This document shows, in pieces, positions 27,783 through 37,581 of a stretch of 64,000 bases of DNA. Position 1 is the stretch's first letter; each line of letters begins with the position of its first letter. The stretch is from contig CALMZE010000007.1 of NCBI GenBank assembly GCA_937870585.1, forward strand, positions 29,064-93,063, in the 5' to 3' direction. Below the pieces are notes generated by a model. The model worked only from the letters and a program-made list of their open reading frames with translations. It did not search any database and was not told where the DNA came from. A program made the position numbers and the translations under genes. The stretch comes from an uncultured Sphingomonadales bacterium (GTDB lineage Bacteria > Pseudomonadota > Alphaproteobacteria > Sphingomonadales > Sphingomonadaceae).

Positions 27783-28397
27783 TTAGTTCCGGCGGCTTCT
27801 CTGTGCCTCCACACGCGCAATCGCCTGTTGGACAGCATCGTCTATACCCAAATTGGTCGTATCTAGCAAGTCTGCGTCGTCCGCGCGCCTGAGCGGTGCG
27901 GCAGAGCGGCTGGAATCACGTTCGTCACGGGCGCGGATGTCGGCGAGCACGGCGTCGTAACTCTCAGGCACATCTTTCGCGCGGCGCGCGGCGCGCACTT
28001 CGGGAGAGGCCGTGACGAACAGCTTGGCATCAGCATCCGGCGCGATCACTGTGCCAATATCGCGTCCGTCCAGCACAGCCCCGCCGGGCTGAAGCGCAAA
28101 CGCCCTCTGCCGCTCGAACAGCGCCTGCCTCACCGCCGGATGGGCCGAGGCCTGCGACGCCGCACGCGAAGCCACTTCATCGCGCAAGGCCGGATCATCA
28201 AGCAGGCTGTCCGGAAAGCCACAGGCCGCGAGCGCCGCATCCGCATCCGCCGGATCGCCCCCCGCACGCAGCGTCGCCACGCCGACGGCACGGTAGAGCA
28301 GCCCCGTATCCAGATAGGGCAAGCCATAATGCGCCGCGAGCGCGCGGGCGATGGTGCCTTTGCCCGAGGCCGCAGGACCATCAACGGCGATGATCAC
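27783..28397 (-). CDS. cmk: Cytidylate kinase
   Basis: IAVDGPAASGKGT, LDTGLLYR, DGRDIGT. Confidence 0.97.
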   Translation of the reverse strand: MIIAVDGPAASGKGTIARALAAHYGLPYLDTGLLYRAVGVATLRAGGDPADADAALAACGFPDSLLDDPALRDEVASRAASQASAHPAVRQALFERQRAFALQPGGAVLDGRDIGTVIAPDADAKLFVTASPEVRAARRAKDVPESYDAVLADIRARDERDSSRSAAPLRRADDADLLDTTNLGIDDAVQQAIARVEAQRSRRN

Positions 28398-29710
28398 CCC
28401 GCCAGCCCCGCCAGCATCGCCTCAAACCCCGGAAAGCTCGTCGCCACCGGTTCCATCGAATCAATCGACACGCCCTCGCGGCTCGCCAGCCCGGCCACGG
28501 CAAAGCTCATGGCGATGCGGTGGTCGAGATGGGTTTCGATCACGCCGCCGCCCTTCAGCGCCTCGCCACCGCTGCCATGGATGGTGAGGCCATCCTCCAT
28601 CTCTTCCACCATCGCGCCGATCCGCCGCAGCCCTTCGGCCATCACCGCGATCCGATCCGATTCCTTGACGCGCAATTCCTCCAGCCCCCGGAACACGCTC
28701 GTCCCGCTGGCAAGGGCCGCCGCGATGAAGAGCACGGGAAATTCATCGACCATGCTCGGCACGATGGCGGGATCGGTCTCGACGCCCGTCAGAGCCGACG
28801 CCTTGACCAGCAGGTCCGCCACCGGCTCCCCACCCACTTCGCGCGCATTTTCAAAAATGATGTCTGCGCCCATATCCTTGAGCACGCGATAAATGCCGTC
28901 GCGCGTCGGGTTGAGGCCGACATTCATCACGCGCACTTCAGACCCCGGTACGATCAGCGCCGCAACCACCGGGAAAGCCGCCGAAGACGGATCGCCCGGC
29001 ACCACGATCTGCTGCGGCTTCAGCTCCGTCTCACCCTGGATCGAGATGATCCGCGTGCCATCCGCCTCCACCTCAACGTCGAGCGTCGCGCCAAAGCCGC
29101 GCAGCATCCGTTCGCTATGATCGCGCGTCGGCACTGGCTCGATCACCCGCGTAATACCCGACGTGTTAAGCCCGGCGAGCAGCACCGCGCTCTTCACCTG
29201 CGCCGAAGCCACCGGCAGCCGATAGGTGATGGGCACCGCCGGGCAGGCCCCGCGCACCATCAGCGGCAGGCGTCCTCCGGGCGAGGTCGTGAACGCTGCC
29301 CCCATCTGTCCGAGCGGTTCAGTGACGCGGCCCATCGGACGCTTGGAGAGCGAGGCGTCTCCCGTGAAGGTGGCGGTGATGCCATGGCTCGCCACCAGCC
29401 CCATCAGCAGCCGGGTGGATGTGCCCGAATTGCCCATATCGAGCGCGGCTTCGGGCTGGAGCAGGCCGCCCACCCCCACGCCGCTCACCCGCCACACGCC
29501 ATCATCATGCCGGGTGATAGTCGCCCCCATCGCGCGCATCGCGGCGGCGGTGGCCAGCACATCCTCACCCTCCAGCAGCCCCTCAATGCGGCTCTCGCCT
29601 ACCGCCAGCGCAGAGAGCATCAGCGCGCGATGCGAAATGGATTTGTCTCCCGGCACGGTTACGGAACCGCGCAACGGGCCTTGATTGCAGAAGGTTTGGG
29701 GCTCACTCAT
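28394..29710 (-). CDS. aroA: EPSP synthase
   Basis: PGDKSISHR, GNSGT, ASAQVKS, RDHSE, ELRVKESDR, DHRIAM. Confidence 0.98.
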   Translation of the reverse strand: MSEPQTFCNQGPLRGSVTVPGDKSISHRALMLSALAVGESRIEGLLEGEDVLATAAAMRAMGATITRHDDGVWRVSGVGVGGLLQPEAALDMGNSGTSTRLLMGLVASHGITATFTGDASLSKRPMGRVTEPLGQMGAAFTTSPGGRLPLMVRGACPAVPITYRLPVASAQVKSAVLLAGLNTSGITRVIEPVPTRDHSERMLRGFGATLDVEVEADGTRIISIQGETELKPQQIVVPGDPSSAAFPVVAALIVPGSEVRVMNVGLNPTRDGIYRVLKDMGADIIFENAREVGGEPVADLLVKASALTGVETDPAIVPSMVDEFPVLFIAAALASGTSVFRGLEELRVKESDRIAVMAEGLRRIGAMVEEMEDGLTIHGSGGEALKGGGVIETHLDHRIAMSFAVAGLASREGVSIDSMEPVATSFPGFEAMLAGLAG

Positions 29711-29828
29711 GATGGCGCGTCTTTGACAGCGGCGTTTCACTATGGCAAGGCGCGCGCCGATTCAGCCGGGGCCAGTCTCCGGCACTGTTGATTCTTGCGA
29801 TCCGCACTGTTCGAAAGGCACAAAGACC

Positions 29829-30143
29829 ATGGCGAAAGCCGAATGGGGAACCAAACGCACCTGCCCGAAATGCGGCAACCGCTTTTACGATCTGACCAAG
29901 GACGAGCCCGTCACCTGCATTTCGTGCAGCTATGCTTGGTATCCGGAGCCTGTGCTCAAATCCAAGCAGCCGCTTCCCTTTGACGATGGCAACGCCAAGC
30001 CCGACGCCGCACCCGATTCGGATCTGGGTGATGATCTGCTGGATGTGGATGTCGAAGGTGAAGTTTCGCCCGACGATGAGGTCGATCTGGGCGGAGACGA
30101 TGATCTCGGCGTGGATACGGGCGAAAAGTCCGACGATAACTGA
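29829..30143 (+). CDS. TIGR02300 (FYDLN acidic) family protein
   Basis: MAKAEWGTKRTCPKCGNRFYDL with acidic tail. Confidence 0.9.
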   Translation: MAKAEWGTKRTCPKCGNRFYDLTKDEPVTCISCSYAWYPEPVLKSKQPLPFDDGNAKPDAAPDSDLGDDLLDVDVEGEVSPDDEVDLGGDDDLGVDTGEKSDDN

Positions 30144-30200
30144 TCCCAAAATTAGGGATTGATCCCGGGGAGCGGCTGCACTAATGGCCCTCCCACCGAT

Positions 30201-30276
30201 GGGGCCTTAGCTCAGCTGGGAGAGCGCTACACTGGCAGTGTAGAGGTCAGCGGTTCGATCCCGCTAGGCTCCACCA
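30201..30276 (+). tRNA. tRNA-Ala(GGC)
   Basis: GGGGCCT acceptor, CTACA-CTGGCAG-TGTAG anticodon arm, GGTTCGATCC, CCA; 76 nt. Confidence 0.97.
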
Positions 30277-30613
30277 TCTTCTTCTCGCGCATGACCGAAA
30301 CGGGATTCCATATCCGCCGGTGCGCGGCCTTTTCTCGAATCCCGCCAGCTACCTGCTTTCCTGAAGCAGAAAACGCATTTCAAAATCGAAACTTTAAGCC
30401 CATGAGAAAAGTGAGGCCTGAAGCGTAAGCATCGCTTCATACTGGCCCGGCGGCCGGTGCTGCGATACAATCTGGTTTGATTGTCCGAACTTCCGAAATG
30501 TCCAAACCTTGATCCTGCCTATTGGGCTGCCAGTGCACAATATTTGATTTGCAGTTTCCTCTGCCGTTTCGTAGCCAACGCCTTCAAGCAGGTGTCACCT
30601 CAAGGATAAGTTC

Positions 30614-31600
30614 ATGTTCGACTTTCTGAAAAAGCAATTCGTTGATGTCATCGAATGGCTGGAGGAACCCGGACAACTCGCCTGGCGCGTGCCCTTTGAA
30701 GACCATGAAATCCAGAATGGCGCGCAGTTGACCGTGCGGGTGGGGCAGATTGCTGCCTTTGTGAATGAGGGGCAACTGGCTGATTTCTTTGGGCCCGGTC
30801 TCCACACGCTCGATACAGCGAACCTGCCGATCCTGACCAATTTGATGAACTGGGACAAGGCGTTCAAGAGCCCGTTCAAGTCCGATGTCGTGTTCTTTTC
30901 GATGCGCGAGCAGGCCGGGCTAAAATGGGGCACCAGCCAACCGATCACCGTGCGCGACGCGGAACTGGGGCCGATCCGCATCCGCGCCTTTGGCACCTAT
31001 TCGTTCAAGATCGACGCGCTGGAGCCGGTCATCCACCGGGTTTTGGGCACCACCAGCGGCATTGAGGCGGCGACGCTGGAGATGCAGTTGCGCTCTGTCA
31101 TCAACACGGCGATTGCCACGGCGCTCGGCGGAAGCGGCATAAAGTTTCTTGATCTGGCGGCCAGCCAGCGGACTTTGTCTGATACGATCAAGGTCGAAGT
31201 GGACAAGGCTTTTGCCGATTGGGGGCTGAGCTGCCTGACCTTCTTTGTGGAAAGTGTGTCATTGCCCGATGATGTTCAGGCACATCTCGATAAGGCAGCC
31301 TCGATGCGCGTGGTGGGTGATCTGGATCGTTTCGTCAAATTCCAGGCCGCTGAAGCGCTAGAGAAATCGGCTGGGCAGGATGGCGGACTGGGCGGCATGG
31401 GCGCGGGCATGGCTGCCGCCGTGGCGATGGGCAACGTCATGTCGCAGGGCCTGTCTGGCGGAAGCGCGCCCGCCACTGCCGCTCCGGCCGAAGACCCGTT
31501 TGAGCTTATTGAAAAGCTGCACAAATTGCTGACGATGGGCGCGCTCTCGCAAGCTGAATTCGATGCCAAAAAGGCCGAACTGTTGCAGCGGGTCAAGTAA
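30614..31600 (+). CDS. SPFH domain protein (YdjI-like) with SHOCT-like tail
   Basis: FVDVIEW, EIQNGAQLTV, FGPGLHTLDTANLP, KWGT.QP; C-terminal IEKLHKLL.MGALSQAEFDAKK. Confidence 0.85.
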   Translation: MFDFLKKQFVDVIEWLEEPGQLAWRVPFEDHEIQNGAQLTVRVGQIAAFVNEGQLADFFGPGLHTLDTANLPILTNLMNWDKAFKSPFKSDVVFFSMREQAGLKWGTSQPITVRDAELGPIRIRAFGTYSFKIDALEPVIHRVLGTTSGIEAATLEMQLRSVINTAIATALGGSGIKFLDLAASQRTLSDTIKVEVDKAFADWGLSCLTFFVESVSLPDDVQAHLDKAASMRVVGDLDRFVKFQAAEALEKSAGQDGGLGGMGAGMAAAVAMGNVMSQGLSGGSAPATAAPAEDPFELIEKLHKLLTMGALSQAEFDAKKAELLQRVK

Positions 31601-31626
31601 GCAGCAGCGGGGCGGGGAGACGCGGA

Positions 31627-32295
31627 ATGGCCGAATTGCCATGTCCTTCATGCGGGGCGCCAGTGCCGGTTCGCAGCGCCGCGCTGCCTTATGTCACCTG
31701 CGCCTATTGCCAGACGCTGATCCGTCGCGAGGGGGAGGCCCTGTCCGCCATCGGCAAGAGCGCGGTGCTGCCCTTTGATGTGTCGCCCATCCAGCTCGGC
31801 TCCGCTGGTCGCTTTTCTCTCATACGCTTCCGCGTGGTGGGCAGGGTCCGCTGGGGATGGAGCGACGGATCATGGAATGAATGGCTGCTCGATTGCAGCG
31901 ACGGCACGCCGCGCTGGCTGGGCGAGGCGATGGGCAGTTTCATGTTGACGGCCGAACAGCCCGATTTGCTCGAACGGCGCGAACTGGCAGGTTTTGCTGC
32001 TGGCGGTCCGCTGCACTTGAGAACCCGCCTGGCGATTGAGGGCGAAGTCTATGTCGCCTGCGACATCAAGGAGGCCAAGTGCCTGGGCAGCGAGGGCGAT
32101 CTGCCCCGCCCGACGCCTGAAGGGACACCCCTTACGAGTGTGGATTTTCGAGGAACGGCGGGGGGCTTTCTCAGCGTGCAGCGCGATGCAGAGGGTGTGA
32201 GCGCATGGCGGGGCAACGCGGTTGATCTCGCCGCGCTCAACACGGTGGATCTGCGCCAGATTGAAGGCTGGACCATCCCGGCGGCACTGCGATGA
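31627..32295 (+). CDS. DUF4178 protein with N-terminal zinc ribbon
   Basis: CPSCG...CAYC; VVGRVRW...WNEWLL. Confidence 0.75.
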   Translation: MAELPCPSCGAPVPVRSAALPYVTCAYCQTLIRREGEALSAIGKSAVLPFDVSPIQLGSAGRFSLIRFRVVGRVRWGWSDGSWNEWLLDCSDGTPRWLGEAMGSFMLTAEQPDLLERRELAGFAAGGPLHLRTRLAIEGEVYVACDIKEAKCLGSEGDLPRPTPEGTPLTSVDFRGTAGGFLSVQRDAEGVSAWRGNAVDLAALNTVDLRQIEGWTIPAALR

Positions 32296-33611
32296 GCGCG
32301 GCGCGGGCAATCACCTGCCCCCAATGCGGTGGGGCCATCGCGATCAAGGCCGCAGGCTATACGGTTTCGGTTGGCTGCCAGCATTGCGGCGCGCTGCTCG
32401 ATGTGGCGCACCCCGATGTGACGGTGATAGCCGCTTATGAAGACGCAATGCGCGGCCTGCCGGTTCCGCTCGGACGGCGCGGCACTTTGTTTGGTGACGA
32501 ATGGGAAGCGATTGGCGCGCTCAGCCGCCATGATTATGATGTTGAATGGACCGAGACGCTGCTGTTCAACCCCTATCTGGGGTATCGCTGGCTGGTGCTG
32601 AGCGAGGGCGAGTGGAGCCTTGGCACCATGATTACAGACCCTCCCCAAGGCAGTGGCGAGGATATTGAGTGGCGCGGCGAGGCTTTCCATCAGGATTATA
32701 ATCTGGCTGAAACCATCACATCGCATGTGGTGGGCGAGTTTTACTGGCGCGTTGCAGCGGGAGACACAGTGGCGGCGACCACTTACAGCCGTCGGGACAC
32801 GCTTCTTTCTGCCGAATGGAGCGGAGACGAAGGCAGCTGGACGCAGCTCGTCCCCGTCTCTGCTCAAGATGTTCGGCAGGCTTTTGGACTGTCAGGAGTG
32901 GATGTGGGTGACAGCCCCGCTCCAAGGCGCAAGGCCAGACCCTTGGGATTATCCCGTTCGGCGGGTGCAGAAGCTGGCGACAATTTCATGACTCGTTTGC
33001 GTGCGGATTATGACGCCGCCGACATCATGGAAAAATCCGATCTGCCCAAGATGTTCAAAATGGGCGTGGCGGCTTTTCTGATCTCGCTATTGATGATGAT
33101 GGGTTTCACGACATCCAGCGATACTGTGAACAATTATGGCAGAGTGAAGGTTGGCGGGCCAGAAGTGACGGTCAATGTCGGTCAGATTTCGCTCAACGCA
33201 CCCTATCAGCCTGTCGAAATCGACGCGTTCGGCACTGGTTTTGAAAATGCGTGGGTTGATATCAACTATACGCTGATCAACCGCAAGACGCAGCGCGGCT
33301 ATACCGCTTATGGCGTGATAGAACGTTATACCGGTCGCGACAGTGAAGGGCCGTGGAGCGAGGGCAGCTTCTATGCGACAACCCAATTTTCGGGCATCCC
33401 GCGTGGCACCTATGATGTCGTGGCGGACCTGAAGGCAAATCGCTGGAACGGCGGAGCAGCACTGAACACGACCCCCACATGGGATGGTTCGCAAGAATTT
33501 TCGGTCAACCTGACGGCCACATCGGGTGGATTCATGTGGGGCAATTTGTGGTTGATCGCAGCTTTGCTGCTGGGAATGCCCATCTTGATCTTCTGGATGC
33601 GCCACTCATAG
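32292..33611 (+). CDS. DUF4178 membrane protein with N-terminal zinc ribbon
   Basis: CPQCG...CQHC; WTETLLFNPYLGYRWL, VVGEFYWRV; two TMs. Confidence 0.8.
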   Translation: MSAARAITCPQCGGAIAIKAAGYTVSVGCQHCGALLDVAHPDVTVIAAYEDAMRGLPVPLGRRGTLFGDEWEAIGALSRHDYDVEWTETLLFNPYLGYRWLVLSEGEWSLGTMITDPPQGSGEDIEWRGEAFHQDYNLAETITSHVVGEFYWRVAAGDTVAATTYSRRDTLLSAEWSGDEGSWTQLVPVSAQDVRQAFGLSGVDVGDSPAPRRKARPLGLSRSAGAEAGDNFMTRLRADYDAADIMEKSDLPKMFKMGVAAFLISLLMMMGFTTSSDTVNNYGRVKVGGPEVTVNVGQISLNAPYQPVEIDAFGTGFENAWVDINYTLINRKTQRGYTAYGVIERYTGRDSEGPWSEGSFYATTQFSGIPRGTYDVVADLKANRWNGGAALNTTPTWDGSQEFSVNLTATSGGFMWGNLWLIAALLLGMPILIFWMRHS

Positions 33612-33627
33612 GGATCCGAATTGAACG

Positions 33628-33771
33628 ATGACCAAACGCCTCTACATTTATGCTGCATGGTGCCTGTTCATCATCATGGGCACGACTGCGTCATCCTTTT
33701 TCGCATGGATGCCCTTTTCTGATGAGGATGATGGCGGTGGCACCACCATGCGCGGACCAAGCCATAAATAG
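33628..33771 (+). CDS. 47-aa single-TM protein (absent from ORF track)
   Basis: MTKRLYIYAAWCLFIIMGTTASSFFAWMPFSDEDDGGGTTMRGPSHK fills the operon gap. Confidence 0.7.
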   Translation: MTKRLYIYAAWCLFIIMGTTASSFFAWMPFSDEDDGGGTTMRGPSHK

Positions 33772-33807
33772 CGAGTTAGCCTAGACAAAATTGAAGGGAA
33801 CGATCCG

Positions 33808-34017
33808 ATGCTGAGCACTGACATATTTCTGGCCACGATCCTTTATGCTGGCGTTGGCATATTGATCTTCATCTTCAGCTTCGTGCTGGTCGACCGGCTG
33901 ACGCCCGGCGAACTGTGGCGCGAGATCATCGAGCGTCAGAACACCGCCGTCGCGATATTGGCCGGGGCCGTGGCGATTGGCATTTCGACGATCATCGCTG
34001 CTGCCGTGCATGGCTGA
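33808..34017 (+). CDS. DUF350 family small membrane protein
   Basis: DRLTPGELWREIIERQNTAVAIL...IIAAAVHG. Confidence 0.85.
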   Translation: MLSTDIFLATILYAGVGILIFIFSFVLVDRLTPGELWREIIERQNTAVAILAGAVAIGISTIIAAAVHG

Positions 34018-34063
34018 AGCACCCTCACGCACAGTTGGGCGCGGGCGTCACGCCTGATCCATC

Positions 34064-35590
34064 ATGACTGAACCCGCTGAGAAATCGGACGCGTCTCTGG
34101 CGCTGATCCTGCTCTTGTCCGTCCTGATCGTGGCGACGTGCGGGCTGATTTACGAACTGCTGGCGGGCACGCTTGCATCCTATTTGCTGGGAGACAGCGT
34201 TACCCAGTTCTCCACCGTGATCGGCACCTATCTGTTTGCGATGGGGATTGGCAGCTGGCTCTCCCGCTATGTAACCGGCGATGCGATGGGCGTGTTTGTG
34301 CGCGTGGAAATGCTGATCGCGCTGATTGGCGGCTGGTCTGCTGCCGGGCTGTTCATTCTGTTTCCGCTGGTCGCGGATTTTCGCTTTGCGTTGTACACCC
34401 TGGTGCTGGTGATCGGGCTGATGGTGGGCCTCGAAATCCCGCTGCTGATCCGCATTCTGCAACGCCGCTTTGCCTTTCATGAACTCGTCTCCAACGTGCT
34501 GACGGTCGATTATGTGGGTGCGCTGGTCGCTTCCGTGCTGTTCCCGCTGGTGCTGGTGCCGCAACTGGGGATGATCCGCACCGGCTTTGTCTTTGGTCTC
34601 GCCAATGTCTCTGTCGCGATTGCGCTGCTGATCATCCTGCGCAAGGCGCGGCGGACCGCGCCCGACATGGCGGCTGCCCTACTGGTGATGGCGAGCCTGA
34701 TTGCCGGGCTGATCTTTGCCGAGCGGATGCAGCGCTGGTCTGAAGTCGCCTTTTATCAGGAACCGGTGATCTACGCCCGCTCCACGCCCTATCAGCGCAT
34801 CGTGCTGACCCGACGCAACGATGATCTGCGGCTCTACCTCAACGGCAATCTGCAATTCTCCTCACGCGATGAATATCGTTATCATGAGGCGCTGGTGTGG
34901 CCGACTTTGGGCCGCGTCGCGCAGCCCGCGCAGGTGCTGGTGCTGGGCGGTGGAGACGGGCTCGCGGCGCGCGAAATCCTGAAGGACAAACGGGTAGAGC
35001 GCGTCACTCTGGTGGACCTCGATCCGGAGATGACACATTTGTTCCGCGAGACGCCGCAACTCGCCGCGCTCAATGGACAGGCCTTCACCTCGCCGCGCGT
35101 TTCGGTTCACAATGCGGATGCGTTTCGCTGGGTTCGGCAGGCACAAGGCCGCTATGATGCCATCCTCATCGACTTTCCCGATCCCACCGAATTTTCGCTG
35201 GGCAAGCTCTACACTGAAAATTTCTATCGCGAGGTCGCGCGGTTGCTTGCGCCCGGCGGCGTAATGGCGGTGCAGAGCACATCCCCGCTCATTGCCCCGC
35301 GCAGCTACTGGACAGTTGCGACGACGCTCGAAGCCGCAGGACTCACGGCGCGCGGCTATCACGCCTATGTGCCGAGTTTCGGCGAATGGGGCTTCACCAT
35401 GGCGGCGCACGGCCCCATCCCGCCGCTGGCAACACTGCCCGCTGGCCTGCGCTTTCTCACGCCCGAAAGCGAGGCGCTGATGTTCGACTTTCCGCCCGAC
35501 ATGGCTCGCCGCGCGACCCCGGTGAACCGGCTCGATAATCAGGCGCTAGTCCGCAGCTTCTCCGAAGAATGGGCGCCCTATGAGGGCTGA
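34064..35590 (+). CDS. speE: Polyamine aminopropyltransferase with N-terminal 7-TM domain
   Basis: GLIYELL TM domain; YHEALV, LVLGGGDG, VDLD, DAF, DFPDP. Confidence 0.88.
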   Translation: MTEPAEKSDASLALILLLSVLIVATCGLIYELLAGTLASYLLGDSVTQFSTVIGTYLFAMGIGSWLSRYVTGDAMGVFVRVEMLIALIGGWSAAGLFILFPLVADFRFALYTLVLVIGLMVGLEIPLLIRILQRRFAFHELVSNVLTVDYVGALVASVLFPLVLVPQLGMIRTGFVFGLANVSVAIALLIILRKARRTAPDMAAALLVMASLIAGLIFAERMQRWSEVAFYQEPVIYARSTPYQRIVLTRRNDDLRLYLNGNLQFSSRDEYRYHEALVWPTLGRVAQPAQVLVLGGGDGLAAREILKDKRVERVTLVDLDPEMTHLFRETPQLAALNGQAFTSPRVSVHNADAFRWVRQAQGRYDAILIDFPDPTEFSLGKLYTENFYREVARLLAPGGVMAVQSTSPLIAPRSYWTVATTLEAAGLTARGYHAYVPSFGEWGFTMAAHGPIPPLATLPAGLRFLTPESEALMFDFPPDMARRATPVNRLDNQALVRSFSEEWAPYEG

Positions 35591-37196
35591 TCGGCGCGGC
35601 GTCCTGGCGGGCGGATCGGCGCTGGCCGCAACCGCGCTGCTGCCCGCCGGATGCGCGGACCGCCCGCTTGTCCCCGGCACGCTGAGCGGACCAGACATGA
35701 CGCGCGGCCACCGGTTGAGAGACGGCACATACCCGGCCCCCAGCGGCCCGCCAGCGCGCATCGGCATCGCGATTGCCGGGGGCGGCGTGGCGGGCCTCTC
35801 AGCTGGCTGGACGCTGCTCGACGCAGGCTTTACCGATTTTGTGCTCTACGAACTAGAGGATGAGACGGGGGGCAATGCGCGGTCTGATCGCAATGCAGTC
35901 TCGGCCTATCCGCTCGGCGCGCATTATCTGCCCGTCCCCAATCGCGAGGCCAAGGCGCTCCGGCACATGCTGGAGCAGTTCGGCATCATCACCGGGGCGG
36001 ATACGGCGGGCGCACCCCGCTTCGATCCTCTGCAACTCTGTGCAGATCTGGAAGAGCGGCTGTTCTGGCGCGGCAAATGGCAGGAGGGGCTTTATCCGCA
36101 ATCCGGTTTAAGCGCAGAAGAGCAAAGCCAACGTGATCGCTTCTATGCCCGGATGGCGGAGTTTCGCGCGGCGCGCGGCGCAGATGGCCGCCCCGCTTTT
36201 GCCAGCCCATCGGCCTATTCGAGCCAAGACCCACACTTCACCGCGCTGGACCAGCAGAATTTTTCTGATTGGCTGACACAGCAGGGCTTCACTGCACCCG
36301 CACTGCGCGCCCATCTGCGCTATTGCTGCCGGGACGATTATGGCACCGAGCCCGAGCAGGTCTCGGCGTGGGCGGGGCTCCATTATTTTGCCGCGCGGCG
36401 CGGTTGGGCCGCTGATGAGCAAGGCGATGCCGAGCTGACCTGGCCCGAAGGCAATGGGCGGCTGATTGCGCTGATGCGGGCGCGGCTGAAGGATCATATC
36501 CGCACAGCGTCCCCCGTGCTTCGCGCCGCCCCCGATGGAGTAGGCGTGCTGATCGACCGGTTCGATTCCCACCGAGGCCAGACCCGGCAGACGAGCGCGG
36601 ACTGCGCGATCCTCGCCATGCCCTATTTCGTCGCTCACCGCGTTGCGCCCGCGCTCTCGCCCGCGCGCGGATTCAGCTATGCGCCATGGGTGGTTGCCAA
36701 TGTAACCGTCAGCCGCCTGCCGCGCGGCCCCGGCGCGCCGCTCGCATGGGACAATGTGTCAGCTGGAAGCGACTCGCTGGGCTATGTCGTCGCCACGCAC
36801 CAGAACTCCAGCGCGGGCGATGGCCCTTCGGTGCTGACCTGGTATATGCCGCTATCTCGGCTGTCCCCCAAGACGGCACGCGAGGCGTTGCGAAGCCGGA
36901 GCCTCAGCGCATGGCAGCAGATCGTCCGCGATGATCTGCTGCAGATTAACCCTGATCTCGATGGAGCCATCGACAGGATTGACGTGTGGCGTTGGGGCCA
37001 TGCGATGATCCGCCCCACGCCCGGTTTCCTGAGTGATCCGGCGCGGATGGCCGCCTCCGCACTCTCACCGCCGCTGTTGCTGGCCCATTCGGACCTGTCA
37101 GGCCTCTCTCTGTTTGAAGAAGCGCATTATCGCGGCGTCGCGGCTGCCGAAGCAGCCTTGCGCGCGCGCGGTCATACGTTCACCAGCCGCATCTAA
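35580..37196 (+). CDS. FAD-dependent oxidoreductase (amine oxidase-like), twin-arginine-like N-terminus
   Basis: DRRGVL; GGGVAGL Rossmann; YPLGAHY; RWGHAM; FEEAHYRG. Confidence 0.85.
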   Translation: MRADRRGVLAGGSALAATALLPAGCADRPLVPGTLSGPDMTRGHRLRDGTYPAPSGPPARIGIAIAGGGVAGLSAGWTLLDAGFTDFVLYELEDETGGNARSDRNAVSAYPLGAHYLPVPNREAKALRHMLEQFGIITGADTAGAPRFDPLQLCADLEERLFWRGKWQEGLYPQSGLSAEEQSQRDRFYARMAEFRAARGADGRPAFASPSAYSSQDPHFTALDQQNFSDWLTQQGFTAPALRAHLRYCCRDDYGTEPEQVSAWAGLHYFAARRGWAADEQGDAELTWPEGNGRLIALMRARLKDHIRTASPVLRAAPDGVGVLIDRFDSHRGQTRQTSADCAILAMPYFVAHRVAPALSPARGFSYAPWVVANVTVSRLPRGPGAPLAWDNVSAGSDSLGYVVATHQNSSAGDGPSVLTWYMPLSRLSPKTAREALRSRSLSAWQQIVRDDLLQINPDLDGAIDRIDVWRWGHAMIRPTPGFLSDPARMAASALSPPLLLAHSDLSGLSLFEEAHYRGVAAAEAALRARGHTFTSRI

Positions 37197-37198
37197 CC

Positions 37199-37552
37199 AT
37201 GACCCAGCGCGATCATCCCCACGGCCTCCATCTGATAGCGGACCTTTCCGCGTCTACCGGTCTGGCCGATCCGGCTTTTGTGGAGCGCGTCTTGCGCGAC
37301 GCGGCCAGCGCCGCCCGCGTCACCTTGATCGATCTCCGCCTCCACCATTTCGGTGAATCCAGCGGGGTGACTGGCGTAGCTCTGCTCGCGGAATCGCATA
37401 TTTCGATCCACACTTGGCCAGAGCATGAGTTGATTGCCATCGACATTTTCACCTGCGGTGCCGATGCCCGGCCAGAAGCGGCGCTGGAATGCATCGCGCG
37501 TCACTTCAAGGCGAGTGTGCTGCGCCAGCAACAGATTAATCGGCTCGCCTGA
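37199..37552 (+). CDS. speD: S-adenosylmethionine decarboxylase proenzyme (class 1B)
   Basis: LLAE-SHISIHTWPE cleavage motif, DIFTCG. Confidence 0.9.
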   Translation: MTQRDHPHGLHLIADLSASTGLADPAFVERVLRDAASAARVTLIDLRLHHFGESSGVTGVALLAESHISIHTWPEHELIAIDIFTCGADARPEAALECIARHFKASVLRQQQINRLA

Positions 37553-37581
37553 TGACTTGCCCTTGATCTTGCATTGGACTT

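Noticed and set aside
30277-30613. 45-aa ORF and ECF-like GAACTT upstream of the SPFH operon
   Set aside because: No SD or family resemblance; promoter spacing does not fit.
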